Below, one piece after another: positions 41,108-49,922 of a stretch of DNA of 64,000 bases. The notes under the pieces were generated by a model. It saw only the letters and a program-made list of their open reading frames with translations, had not been told where the DNA came from and made no database searches. Position 1 is the first letter of the stretch; each line of letters starts with the position of its first letter. Both the position numbers and the translations under genes were made by a program. The DNA comes from an uncultured Deferribacteres bacterium (GTDB lineage: Bacteria > Zhuqueibacterota > JdFR-76 > DREG01), in NCBI GenBank assembly GCA_964464595.1, contig CAYXGW010000003.1:20964-84963 (forward strand), in the 5' to 3' direction.

Positions 41108-42400
41108 TCATGAAATAATTCTTCGTTGAACTTTTTGTAAGTAGCTAGACGCTTTAGCGGATAGTCTGCTGGAGGGATATTTTTGTAAGAATTCTCCGAA
41201 TATCTGCGCAGCTTTGTTGTTTTCTCCAATGTTGTATAAGCATCGTCCTTCCATATACATTGCGTAATCTAATTTAAATGAGTTTTTATAAGCACTTACT
41301 TTTGTAAAAGACTTTAACGCCTCGCCATAATTTTTCAATGCGAAATAAGATTCGCCGATCCAATAAGCAAAGTTGCTAGCGAGTGCATGATTGGAATTTC
41401 TTTCCAGGAGATCGGACAAACCTATGATAACAGCATTGTAATTTCGATCGTTAAAATTTGCAAGAGCCACGTCATATTTTTGTTTTATTAGAGGTGTAGC
41501 AGATTTATTCAACTCAGTAGGTGAAGTTTGGACTATTAGAGTTTCTGGCTGTTTTAAAGGTTGTATTTCAGGTTTTGCTTCTGGAGAGGTGTCTCTTAAT
41601 TCAGCAATTTGGGTTTCCAATTTACTAATATTATTATCTTTATCGTTTATTATGGTAACAAGTTGGTTTATTCGATTTGTTTTTTGCGCAATTTCTGTTT
41701 CTAACTGGTCAATGAGAGACTGAAGTTTTATCATATCTTGATAAATATCGGTATTTTGAGGTTGTGATGTTGCTTCAGGTAAAACTGCGTCGGCAATCAC
41801 ATCAGAGGGCATAATTTCCTGTTTTTTCTCATATTTCTTTTTATTAAAATTAAAAGCCAGTCCAGTTTGAAAACTAATAAAACCATCGTTGAAAAAGCCG
41901 CCATCTATTCCGTTAACCATATCATTTTTTAAATACCGGAAATCACCGGAAATCAAAAGAGACAAACTAGGATTAACTGCAATATTCATTCCTAAACCAC
42001 CAATAAGGAGGCTTACAAATTTTGAATTATAATTATTCGGAGTTCCGACATTTTTGATATTCACTAGTCCTATTCCGGCTTGTAAAAATGGAAAAGTAGG
42101 CGAGTCTTTTAAAGCATAGCTACCTATCAACTCAATAGGAACCATGGCTGTTTTGAAAGTGCTTCCGTTAATTACAGCTTTCATCTCTCCATAACCTGTT
42201 TGAAATTTCATAGTAAGCCTAGGAGAAAACTGATAAAAAGTATAAGCTTCGAATTTTGGTCTTAAACCGGTATCAGTTATTGGTGAATCTCCAAACAAAA
42301 AATTCTGTCCAAGGTTCATACCAACACCTTTGTTTGATTGACCGTATAAATTTCCTACAACAACTAAAAATATGGTTGATATAAATGCTAACTTTCTCAT
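41108..42400 (-). CDS. Outer-membrane beta-barrel protein fused to a coiled-coil and C-terminal TPR (CpoB/YbgF-like) domain
   Basis: 430 aa. Signal peptide MRKLAFISTIFLVVVGNLYGQ. About 180 aa of alternating-hydrophobic beta-strand segments resembling OmpA-like/porin-like barrels (FEAYTFYQF, GLGMNIAVNPSLSLLISGDFRY). Heptad coiled coil (LQSLIDQLETEIAQKTNRINQLVTIINDKDNNISKLETQIAELR). TPR-like C-terminus (YDVALANFNDRNYNAVIIGLSDLLERNSN...YWIGESYFALKNYGEALKSFTKV). Confidence 0.5.
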   Translation of the reverse strand: MRKLAFISTIFLVVVGNLYGQSNKGVGMNLGQNFLFGDSPITDTGLRPKFEAYTFYQFSPRLTMKFQTGYGEMKAVINGSTFKTAMVPIELIGSYALKDSPTFPFLQAGIGLVNIKNVGTPNNYNSKFVSLLIGGLGMNIAVNPSLSLLISGDFRYLKNDMVNGIDGGFFNDGFISFQTGLAFNFNKKKYEKKQEIMPSDVIADAVLPEATSQPQNTDIYQDMIKLQSLIDQLETEIAQKTNRINQLVTIINDKDNNISKLETQIAELRDTSPEAKPEIQPLKQPETLIVQTSPTELNKSATPLIKQKYDVALANFNDRNYNAVIIGLSDLLERNSNHALASNFAYWIGESYFALKNYGEALKSFTKVSAYKNSFKLDYAMYMEGRCLYNIGENNKAAQIFGEFLQKYPSSRLSAKASSYLQKVQRRIIS

Positions 42401-42653
42401 ATTAACTCCTTAAAACTATTTGGTTGCATATTATTCATTTATTCTAGACCTTATCCCATTATGTCTGAACTGGTTACAACTTCTTACAATATGTGTACCA
42501 AAAACACTAGAATCAAGTAAAACGATTTATTTGGTTGGAATGTAGGTAGTTATATGAATTCACAAGTTAACATTTTCTTGAATTCTGTTTCATTATTTGT
42601 TACATAATAACACAACTGGATTTGTATAGTACAACAACACTAAGGAGAACGGC

Positions 42654-44042
42654 ATGAAATTTTTATTTTCATTTGTGTTACTAACCTCTTTAGGATGGCA
42701 CAGTTTAATTGAAGCTCAGGAAATCAAAGGCAATTTGGGATTTGGAGGGTATGCTTCTGGTGTGAAAATGATTTTGGGTGATGTAGACCATAGTACGATA
42801 GATCAATGGGGTGGTATATCAATTTCTTATGGAATATCTGAAAAATTATACCTTAAGTTTAATGGTGCATATGGTTGGGTTTATCCTCGCGATTCGAAGG
42901 GTTCTCAATTCGAGCCACAGGGTAGTTTTAAAACGTTACTTTATCCGGTAACATTAAGCATAGATTGGTTGCCAAATCCCAATAAAAGTTTCCGTCCTTT
43001 TCTTACATTTGGTGGTGGTATTTTGAATTGGGATGTTCGGGATATGAGAGGGACAGAATCTGTTTGGGATCAGGGTGAGAGCATTAATGGAAGCACAACG
43101 AATGTATCCGTTTTAGGTGGAGTCGGAGTTGAAAAAATTATATCAGCTGGAATTAGTACATCATTATTTGCCAGAATTCATTATTTACTAAAAGGTAATG
43201 AAGATACAATTGGAACGGGAGATGACAATCGAGCCGTTGCAGAAGTGGGAATAGGGCTTACGTTTTTTAATAATCCCAACCAGGATTCCGATGGAGATGG
43301 TGTTTTAGATCGGTGGGACCTTTGTATCGATGCGGCAGAAGATTATGATAACTACAAAGATTTAGATGGTTGTCCGGATTTAGATAATGATGAAGACGGA
43401 ATAATCGATAAAAGTGATAGTTGTCCGGACTTGCCTGAAGATTTGGATGGATTCCAAGACGAAGATGGTTGTCCTGACATCGACGATGATGGGGACGGAA
43501 TATCTGATCTTAGGGATAAATGCCCTAAAAGGGCGGAAGATATGGATAATTTTCAAGACGATGATGGTTGCCCGGATCCAGATAATGATGCGGATGGTAT
43601 CGAAGATGATATGGATAAATGTCCAAACGAAGCAGAGAATAGGAATGGATTTGAAGATGGTGATGGTTGTCCTGAAGAAAAACCTGAAATTTTGATCAAA
43701 GAAACGCCAATTATTCTAAAGGGTGTTAATTTTGAAAGTGGAAGTTCCCGGCTTACATCTGCTTCATTCAGCGCTCTTGATAGGGTTTTTCAAACTCTTA
43801 CAGATCATCAGGATATTAGGATCGAAATCCGTGGTTACACAGATAGCTCGGGTGAATGGACTGCCAATCTAAAACTTTCACAGCTAAGAGCAGATGTTAT
43901 AAAACTTTATTTTATTAAAAAGGGAATTGTAGCGGAAAGGGTGAGAGCAGTTGGGTATGGAGAATCAAATCCAATTGCTTCAAATATGTTTCCTGAAGGC
44001 AGGGCAGACAACAGAAGAATTGAATTTGCCCAAATGAAATGA
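42654..44042 (+). CDS. OmpA-family outer membrane protein with thrombospondin type 3 (TSP3) calcium-binding repeats (Pal/OmpA-like)
   Basis: 462 aa. Signal peptide. N-terminal beta-barrel. About 9 Asp-rich TSP3 repeats (DSDGDGVLD, DLDGCPD, DEDGCPD, DDDGDGISD...). C-terminal OmpA_C peptidoglycan-binding domain (IRIEIRGYTDSSG...NLKLSQLRADVIKLYFIKKGI...GYGESNPIASN...NRRIEF). Confidence 0.85.
   Translation: MKFLFSFVLLTSLGWHSLIEAQEIKGNLGFGGYASGVKMILGDVDHSTIDQWGGISISYGISEKLYLKFNGAYGWVYPRDSKGSQFEPQGSFKTLLYPVTLSIDWLPNPNKSFRPFLTFGGGILNWDVRDMRGTESVWDQGESINGSTTNVSVLGGVGVEKIISAGISTSLFARIHYLLKGNEDTIGTGDDNRAVAEVGIGLTFFNNPNQDSDGDGVLDRWDLCIDAAEDYDNYKDLDGCPDLDNDEDGIIDKSDSCPDLPEDLDGFQDEDGCPDIDDDGDGISDLRDKCPKRAEDMDNFQDDDGCPDPDNDADGIEDDMDKCPNEAENRNGFEDGDGCPEEKPEILIKETPIILKGVNFESGSSRLTSASFSALDRVFQTLTDHQDIRIEIRGYTDSSGEWTANLKLSQLRADVIKLYFIKKGIVAERVRAVGYGESNPIASNMFPEGRADNRRIEFAQMK
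43284..43680 (+). repeat. In-frame tandem coding repeats encoding TSP3 Asp-rich calcium-binding motifs
   Basis: Recurrent GATGGTTGTCC[T/G]GA and GATGA[T/C]GATGG units within ORF 42654..44042. They also generate the spurious overlapping +2-frame ORF 43414..43695. Confidence 0.7.
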
Positions 44043-44216
44043 GTTAAATTTGTTTGGCCAGCGAGTAATTCAGCGCAATTTAAATTCTCTTACTACTAGA
44101 ATATCAAATAAATAGCAATAAACGGTAGAAACGGTCTTTCCTTTTTAGCTAAAACATCCTTAAAAAAGGAGGGACGTTTTGATCTTGAGGGATGGGGTTG
44201 TAGGAAGTACATTGCC

Positions 44217-44245
44217 TTGACATTTCGTCAATTCTTTCATATCAT
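44217..44245 (+). promoter_or_regulatory. Sigma70-type promoter upstream of the pcd-lat operon
   Basis: TTGACA (44217-44222), 17-nt spacer, TATCAT (44240-44245), about 60 nt upstream of ATG 44307. Lies in a 264-bp leader. Confidence 0.5.
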
Positions 44246-44306
44246 TTGTGATTATATATTTTATTGATAATATTGTGTTGCAATATTTGTAATAAGGTGA
44301 GAATAA

Positions 44307-45794
44307 ATGAATAAACGGTTCAAAAATTTTATTGACGGTGAGTGGGTGGACTCCTGTTCAGGGGAAACTTTTGAAAACAGAAATCCGGCTAATTGGGATG
44401 AAGTAGTCGGTGTTTTTCCTAATTCAAATGAAGAGGATGTTAATAAAGCGGTTAAGGCTGCAAAGAAAGCTTTTGATAGTTGGCGGTTAGTGCCCGCTCC
44501 CGAAAGAGGGGAGATCATGAAAAAAGCCGGCGATATTATGTCTGCCAGAAAGGAAGAGATTTCCAGGCTAATGACTCGTGAGATGGGAAAAATATTGGCC
44601 GAAACCAGAGGAGATACACAAGAGGGAATAGACACAGCTTATTATGCCTTTGGTGAAAGTCGACGTTTGTTTGGCCACACAGTTCCATCAGAGTTACCCA
44701 ATAAATTTAATATGACTACCCGGATCCCAATTGGCGTGGCAGGGATCATTTCACCCTGGAATTTTCCTATGGCAATACCAACGTGGAAAATTTTTCCTGC
44801 ATTAACTTGTGGGAATACGGTTGTTTTTAAACCGGCTTCAGATACGCCAGCAACAGCGACTCTTTTTGTTGAGATTCTGGTAGACGCGGGAGTTCCTCCT
44901 CATGCTCTCAATTTAGTGCATGGAACCGGATCACAAGTTGGCAATCCCATTGTGAATCATCCCGATATTAATTTGATTTCTTTTACCGGTTCAACAAAAG
45001 TTGGGAAATCCATAAATCAACATGCCGGCTCTCAATTAAAACGCGTTTCACTGGAATTGGGTGGAAAAAATGGTCAAATTGTTATGGCAGATGCCAATCA
45101 GGAATTAGCTCTTGAAGGTGTTTTGTGGGGAGCATTTGGAACAACCGGACAACGTTGTACTGCCACAAGTAGACTAATTCTGGATGAGAAAATTCACGAT
45201 GAGTTTCTAGAGATGCTTGTAAAGTGTACAAATAACCTAGAGCTTGGCGATGGCCTTGATGAGTTTGTCGAAGTAGGTCCTCTTATCAATCAATCTCAGG
45301 TTGAAATTATTAGTGAGTATGTTGAAATTGGAAAAAACGAAGGTGCCAAATTGCTTTGCGGAGGAGAATCAGCAAATCATGGAAGTTTAGCAAGTGGATG
45401 GTTCTACAAACCGACAATATTTTCAGATGTTTCCAGGGAAATGAGAATAGCCAAGGAAGAAATCTTTGGGCCAGTTTTATCTGTTATAAAAGTTTCATCG
45501 CTCGATGAAGGTGTTGATGTTCTGAATGATTCGACATATGGTCTTTCTTCTTCGGTTTATACAAAAGACATAAATTCAGCATACAAAGCGATGAGAGACA
45601 TAGAAGCCGGAATTACGTACATTAATGGCCCTACGATTGGTGCGGAATGCCACATGCCTTTCGGCGGTGTAAAGGCAACAGGCAATGGCCACAGAGAAGG
45701 CGGCTGGCAGGTTTACGAATTTTTTTCAGAAGTAAAAACATGTTATGTGGACTTCAGCAATAAATTGCAAAGAGCCCAAATTGATAATCGATAA
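44307..45794 (+). CDS. pcd: Aldehyde dehydrogenase, antiquitin (ALDH7)-like; probable piperideine-6-carboxylate / alpha-aminoadipic semialdehyde dehydrogenase
   Basis: 495 aa. ALDH motifs (ELGGKNG; catalytic Cys region FGTTGQRCTATSRLIL close to the ALDH7A1 GTAGQRCTT.RRL pattern; EEIFGPV). Immediately upstream of lysine 6-aminotransferase. Confidence 0.7.
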   Translation: MNKRFKNFIDGEWVDSCSGETFENRNPANWDEVVGVFPNSNEEDVNKAVKAAKKAFDSWRLVPAPERGEIMKKAGDIMSARKEEISRLMTREMGKILAETRGDTQEGIDTAYYAFGESRRLFGHTVPSELPNKFNMTTRIPIGVAGIISPWNFPMAIPTWKIFPALTCGNTVVFKPASDTPATATLFVEILVDAGVPPHALNLVHGTGSQVGNPIVNHPDINLISFTGSTKVGKSINQHAGSQLKRVSLELGGKNGQIVMADANQELALEGVLWGAFGTTGQRCTATSRLILDEKIHDEFLEMLVKCTNNLELGDGLDEFVEVGPLINQSQVEIISEYVEIGKNEGAKLLCGGESANHGSLASGWFYKPTIFSDVSREMRIAKEEIFGPVLSVIKVSSLDEGVDVLNDSTYGLSSSVYTKDINSAYKAMRDIEAGITYINGPTIGAECHMPFGGVKATGNGHREGGWQVYEFFSEVKTCYVDFSNKLQRAQIDNR

Positions 45795-45838
45795 ATATAA
45801 AAAGACAGGCGCATCAAATCTGTTCTTAGGAGAGAGTA

Positions 45839-47167
45839 ATGGAAATTAAGCCGTCCGAAGTAATGAGTGTTTTAAGTAAGCACATGTTGGTAGATGGCTA
45901 TGACTTAGTAGTCGATTTAAAAAACAGTTGCGGCAATTATCTTGTAGAAGCCCGCAGTGGCGATCGTTATTTGGATTTTTTTACTTTTTTTGCAAGTAAT
46001 CCATTGGGATTTAACCACCCCCAAATGTGTAAGCCGGATGTTCAGTTAAAGCTTGCGTGGGCAGCAACTCAGAAGCCCTCCAACTCTGATTTTTATACAA
46101 CAGAACTCGCGGAATTTGTAGAAACGTTTTTTGAAAAAGCTTTACCAAAAGATGTCTTCAAATATATTTTTCTAATTTCCGGTGGCGCTCTTGCTGTTGA
46201 AAATTCATTAAAAACTGCATTCGATTGGAAAATAAGGAAGAACTTTGCCAAGGGTTATAAAGAAGAGCGTGGATTAAAAATTCTACATTTTAAACAAGCG
46301 TTCCATGGCAGAAGTGGATATACTCTCTCCATAACGGACACTGCAGATCCACGTAAAACCATGTATTTTGCCAAATTCAATTGGCCCAGAGTACTAAATC
46401 CTAAAATCACTTTTCCAATGAATGATGAAAATAAGAACAAGGTGATACAGCTTGAAAAAGAAAGTATAAATCAGATTAAGAACGCGATACAAGAAAACAC
46501 GGATGACATTGCTGCAATTATCATAGAGCCGATCCAAGGAGAAGGAGGAGACAACCATTTTCGCAAGGAGTTTTTTGAAAGTCTGCGACAAATATGTGAT
46601 CAAAATGATATTTTATTGATTTTTGACGAAATTCAATCCGGTGCCGGAATTACCGGGATGTGGTGGACTTTTGAACACTTTGGCGTAGAGCCGGATATTA
46701 TGTGTTTTGGTAAAAAGACACAGGTTTGTGGAATTGTTGTATCCCAAAGAATCGATGACGTAGAAGGCCATGTGTTTCAGGAGTCGGGCAGGATAAATTC
46801 AACCTGGGGCGGTAACTTTGTTGATATCGTTCGCAGCAAAAAGTATATAGAGATCATAACTCAAGATAATCTGGTTGAAAACGCTGCGATTCAAGGAAAA
46901 TATTTTCTTAATAAATTAAGAAATCTGGTTGGTAATTTTCCAGATCTAGTTTCAAATGTTCGTGGTAGAGGTCTGTTTTTAGCTTTCGAATTATCGTCAC
47001 AGGAATTACGAGATAAAATTATAAACGAAACGTTTTCCCAAAAAATGGTGATTCTAAAAAGCGGTATAAAATCGATACGATTTCGTCCATCTCTAATAAT
47101 CTCGGAAAATGAAATCGATGAAGGAATCGAAGTATTAACAAAATCTATTCATGCTGTTTTAAGTTAA
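45839..47167 (+). CDS. lat: L-lysine 6-(epsilon)-aminotransferase (class III PLP aminotransferase)
   Basis: 442 aa. Long collinear matches to the remembered Mycobacterium tuberculosis LAT sequence: MLVDGYDLVVDL..YLVEA..G.RYLDFFTFFAS, KPSNSDFYT, GGALAVENSLKTAFDWK, GRSGYTLSITDT, EPIQGEGGDNHFR.EFF, LLIFDEIQSG.G.TG, GKKTQVCGI, NSTWGGN. Confidence 0.85.
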   Translation: MEIKPSEVMSVLSKHMLVDGYDLVVDLKNSCGNYLVEARSGDRYLDFFTFFASNPLGFNHPQMCKPDVQLKLAWAATQKPSNSDFYTTELAEFVETFFEKALPKDVFKYIFLISGGALAVENSLKTAFDWKIRKNFAKGYKEERGLKILHFKQAFHGRSGYTLSITDTADPRKTMYFAKFNWPRVLNPKITFPMNDENKNKVIQLEKESINQIKNAIQENTDDIAAIIIEPIQGEGGDNHFRKEFFESLRQICDQNDILLIFDEIQSGAGITGMWWTFEHFGVEPDIMCFGKKTQVCGIVVSQRIDDVEGHVFQESGRINSTWGGNFVDIVRSKKYIEIITQDNLVENAAIQGKYFLNKLRNLVGNFPDLVSNVRGRGLFLAFELSSQELRDKIINETFSQKMVILKSGIKSIRFRPSLIISENEIDEGIEVLTKSIHAVLS

Positions 47168-47170
47168 TGG

Positions 47171-47860
47171 ATGGAATCCGGGACTCTCTACATTGTTAGT
47201 ACGCCAATCGGGAATTTGGGTGATATTACATATCGTGCAGTAGATGTTCTTTCAAAAGTTGATTTGATTGCTGCAGAAGATACAAGAACCAGTCGCGTGC
47301 TTTTAAATCATTATCAGATTTCGACGAAAGTTACAAGTTTTCATTCTTATAACCAGGTCAAGAAAACGCCGAATCTAATTAAGAAGCTTATGAGCAATGA
47401 GAATATTGCAGTAATCACTGACGCCGGTACACCTGGAATTTCAGATCCGGCGTATTATCTTATAAATCATGCAATTGAGAAAAATATACAGATAATTCCG
47501 GCTCCTGGCGCATCAGCGCTACTTACTGCATTAGTCGTTTCCGGATTGCCGATGAATCGATTTGTGTTCGAAGGATTTCTACCGGTGAAAAAAGGGCGCA
47601 AGTCAAGGCTCGTTCAATTGACTGAGGAAAAACGGACAATTGTATTATTTGAGTCTCGCCATCGGTTATTGAAAACGTTGAAAGAATTATTTGAATATTT
47701 AGGCAATCGTAACTTGGTTATTGCCCGGGAATTAACTAAATTGTATGAAGAAGTAAATCGAACGACTATAGGAAATGCAATTGAAACATACGAACAGAGG
47801 ATTAATAAAGGCGAGTTCGTTTTAGTTGTTCAAGGAAGGTCAAAACGAAGATGGGTTTAG
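47171..47860 (+). CDS. rsmI: 16S rRNA (cytidine1402-2-prime-O)-methyltransferase RsmI
   Basis: 229 aa. Tetrapyrrole-methylase-fold motifs GTLYIVSTPIGNLGDITYRAVDVL and IAAEDTR. Confidence 0.85.
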   Translation: MESGTLYIVSTPIGNLGDITYRAVDVLSKVDLIAAEDTRTSRVLLNHYQISTKVTSFHSYNQVKKTPNLIKKLMSNENIAVITDAGTPGISDPAYYLINHAIEKNIQIIPAPGASALLTALVVSGLPMNRFVFEGFLPVKKGRKSRLVQLTEEKRTIVLFESRHRLLKTLKELFEYLGNRNLVIARELTKLYEEVNRTTIGNAIETYEQRINKGEFVLVVQGRSKRRWV

Positions 47861-48516
47861 TGTTGGAAAAGATTAAAATAGATTCGATAAAAAATATTCG
47901 AAATTCGATTCAGATTGTAGTTCTAAAGATAATTGAACCGCTAGGCGATTTTCTTGTTCGGTTAAATATCAATCCGAATGCCTTTACAACCGCTGGGTTT
48001 AGTATTAGTGTTTTTGCCGGATATTCTTTTGCGACCGGTTCCCTCAGATTAGGAGGCATTTTTGTTTTTCTTTCGGGATTATTCGACATTCTGGATGGGA
48101 AGATAGCGCGCGCATCAAACCAGGTTACTCGTTTTGGGGCATTATATGACTCAACGTTGGATAGATATGCAGAAATGTTTGTTTACTTTGGGATTGCATA
48201 TTATTTCATTTCTCAAGATATGTTTATATCATCTTTGGCAAGTTGTATCGCTTTAGGTGGATCTGTGATGGTAAGCTATGTTCGGGCACGAGCTGAAGGA
48301 CTGGGGTTTTCTTGTAAAGTTGGAATTTTCCAAAGGCCGGAAAGAATAGCCACAATGGGTACGGCGGCACTCATTCATGAATATGCATTGTCCGTAGGGA
48401 TGGTCGTACTTGCGATAATGACGAATTTTACTGCTTTCCAGAGAATTTATTACATTTATAGCCAGGAAAACGGGAAGAAAGATGATATCATTGATGACTT
48501 TGACAAAATGGGTTGA
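47851..48516 (+). CDS. CDP-alcohol phosphatidyltransferase family protein (candidate phosphatidylinositol-phosphate synthase)
   Basis: 221 aa, multi-TM. CDP-OH-P motif region GLFDILDGKIAR...GALYDSTLDRYAE (D-G-x2-A-R...G-x3-D-x3-D). Overlaps the rsmI stop by 10 nt. Directly precedes an inositol-3-phosphate synthase gene. Confidence 0.7.
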   Translation: MGLVLEKIKIDSIKNIRNSIQIVVLKIIEPLGDFLVRLNINPNAFTTAGFSISVFAGYSFATGSLRLGGIFVFLSGLFDILDGKIARASNQVTRFGALYDSTLDRYAEMFVYFGIAYYFISQDMFISSLASCIALGGSVMVSYVRARAEGLGFSCKVGIFQRPERIATMGTAALIHEYALSVGMVVLAIMTNFTAFQRIYYIYSQENGKKDDIIDDFDKMG

Positions 48517-48541
48517 TACGGTTTAGGCGAAAAGACGAATC

Positions 48542-49879
48542 TTGAAAAAAAATGTGGAGGTTGAGATGACAAATAGGGCCGATATTAAACCCATTGAAGG
48601 CAAGCTTGGGATTATGTTGGTAGGATTAGGGGCAGTCAGTACCACTTTTATTGCCGGTGTGGAGAACATGAAAAAAGGATTAGCCAAGCCGATAGGATCT
48701 CTTACACAAATGGGAGCCATTCGGTTAGGAAAACGAACCGAAAACAAAAATCCGCTAATTAAAGATATTGTTCCATTATATGGCCTTAATGATTTAGTAA
48801 TTACCTCTTGGGATATTTTTGAAGATAATGCATATCAAGCCGCTTTAAAAGCAGGTGTATTGGAGCGTAATCATTTGGATTCTGTTAAAGACGAGCTAGA
48901 ATCCATAAAACCGCAAAAGGCTGTTTTTAACCAGGATTATGTTAAAAAATTATCCGGGATTCATGTAAAGGTTGGAAAGTCCAAACGAGATTTAGCCAAC
49001 CAATTGATGGATGATATTCAAACGTTTAAGGAAATGCACAAACTAAGAGATGTTGTGATGATCTGGTGCGCCAGCACCGAAATTTTCATCAAGGCTGGGG
49101 CAATTCACCAATCATTAGAGGCTTTCGAAAAAGCCATAGATACAAACCATCCTGAAATTGCTCCAAGTATGCTTTATGCTTATGCAGCGCTGCAATGCGG
49201 GGTTCCGTTTATTAATGGCGCGCCGAATTTATCTGTAGATTTTCCTGCAATGTTCCAGCTTGCCGACATGAAAAATGTACCAATCGCAGGAAAGGATTTT
49301 AAGACCGGCCAAACCCTTATGAAAACAATATTAGCGCCAGGTCTTAAAGCCAGGTTACTTGGATTATCCGGGTGGTTTTCAACCAACATTCTCGGCAACC
49401 GGGATGGTGAAGTCTTGGACGATCCGGAGTCGTTTAAAACAAAAGAAGAAAGCAAACTCTCTGTCCTTGAATATATTCTTCAACCGGAAGTATACCCGGA
49501 TCTGTACAAAGATTTTTATCATAAAGTTCGGATAAATTATTATCCACCCCGGGGAGACAATAAAGAAGGCTGGGATAATATAGATATTTTTGGCTGGATG
49601 GGATATCCTATGCAAATTAAGGTAGATTTCCTTTGCCGGGATAGTATTTTGGCAGCGCCGATAGTTTTGGATCTTGTCCTTTTTATGAATTTAGCTCAAC
49701 GGGCGGGTATGAAAGGGATTCAAGAATGGCTTTCATTTTATCTCAAAAGTCCGATGTGTTTACCCGAATTATACCCGGAACACGATCTTTTTATACAGCA
49801 TATGAAATTGAAAAATACTCTCAGGCATTTAATGGGCGAAGAGCAAATTACGCATCTTGGTTTAGATTATTATCAATAA
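48542..49879 (+). CDS. ino1: myo-Inositol-3-phosphate synthase (MIPS) family
   Basis: 445 aa. N-terminal Rossmann motif GIMLVGLGAVSTTFIAGV, MIWCASTE motif and overall pattern matching archaeal/bacterial MIPS (remembered A. fulgidus sequence GLVGA.G.VSTT ... VASTE). Confidence 0.8.
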   Translation: MKKNVEVEMTNRADIKPIEGKLGIMLVGLGAVSTTFIAGVENMKKGLAKPIGSLTQMGAIRLGKRTENKNPLIKDIVPLYGLNDLVITSWDIFEDNAYQAALKAGVLERNHLDSVKDELESIKPQKAVFNQDYVKKLSGIHVKVGKSKRDLANQLMDDIQTFKEMHKLRDVVMIWCASTEIFIKAGAIHQSLEAFEKAIDTNHPEIAPSMLYAYAALQCGVPFINGAPNLSVDFPAMFQLADMKNVPIAGKDFKTGQTLMKTILAPGLKARLLGLSGWFSTNILGNRDGEVLDDPESFKTKEESKLSVLEYILQPEVYPDLYKDFYHKVRINYYPPRGDNKEGWDNIDIFGWMGYPMQIKVDFLCRDSILAAPIVLDLVLFMNLAQRAGMKGIQEWLSFYLKSPMCLPELYPEHDLFIQHMKLKNTLRHLMGEEQITHLGLDYYQ

Positions 49880-49922
49880 TTTGTTACTAAACCGTCAACA
49901 TATTCCTCTACCTCATTAACCA

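Noticed and set aside
43414-43695. 93-aa ORF in an alternative frame inside the TSP3-OmpA gene
   Set aside because: Generated by the in-frame-independent DNA repeats (GATGATGG/GATGGTTG units). Translation is M/K/V-rich nonsense. The OmpA frame is continuous and strongly supported.
44043-44306. Possible lysine (L-box) riboswitch in the 264-nt leader of pcd-lat
   Set aside because: I could not find the conserved L-box helices or the G-A-G-G-C-G core motifs by eye. Lysine riboswitches normally control biosynthesis or transport as OFF switches, not catabolism. Left as an unassigned structured leader rather than a riboswitch call.
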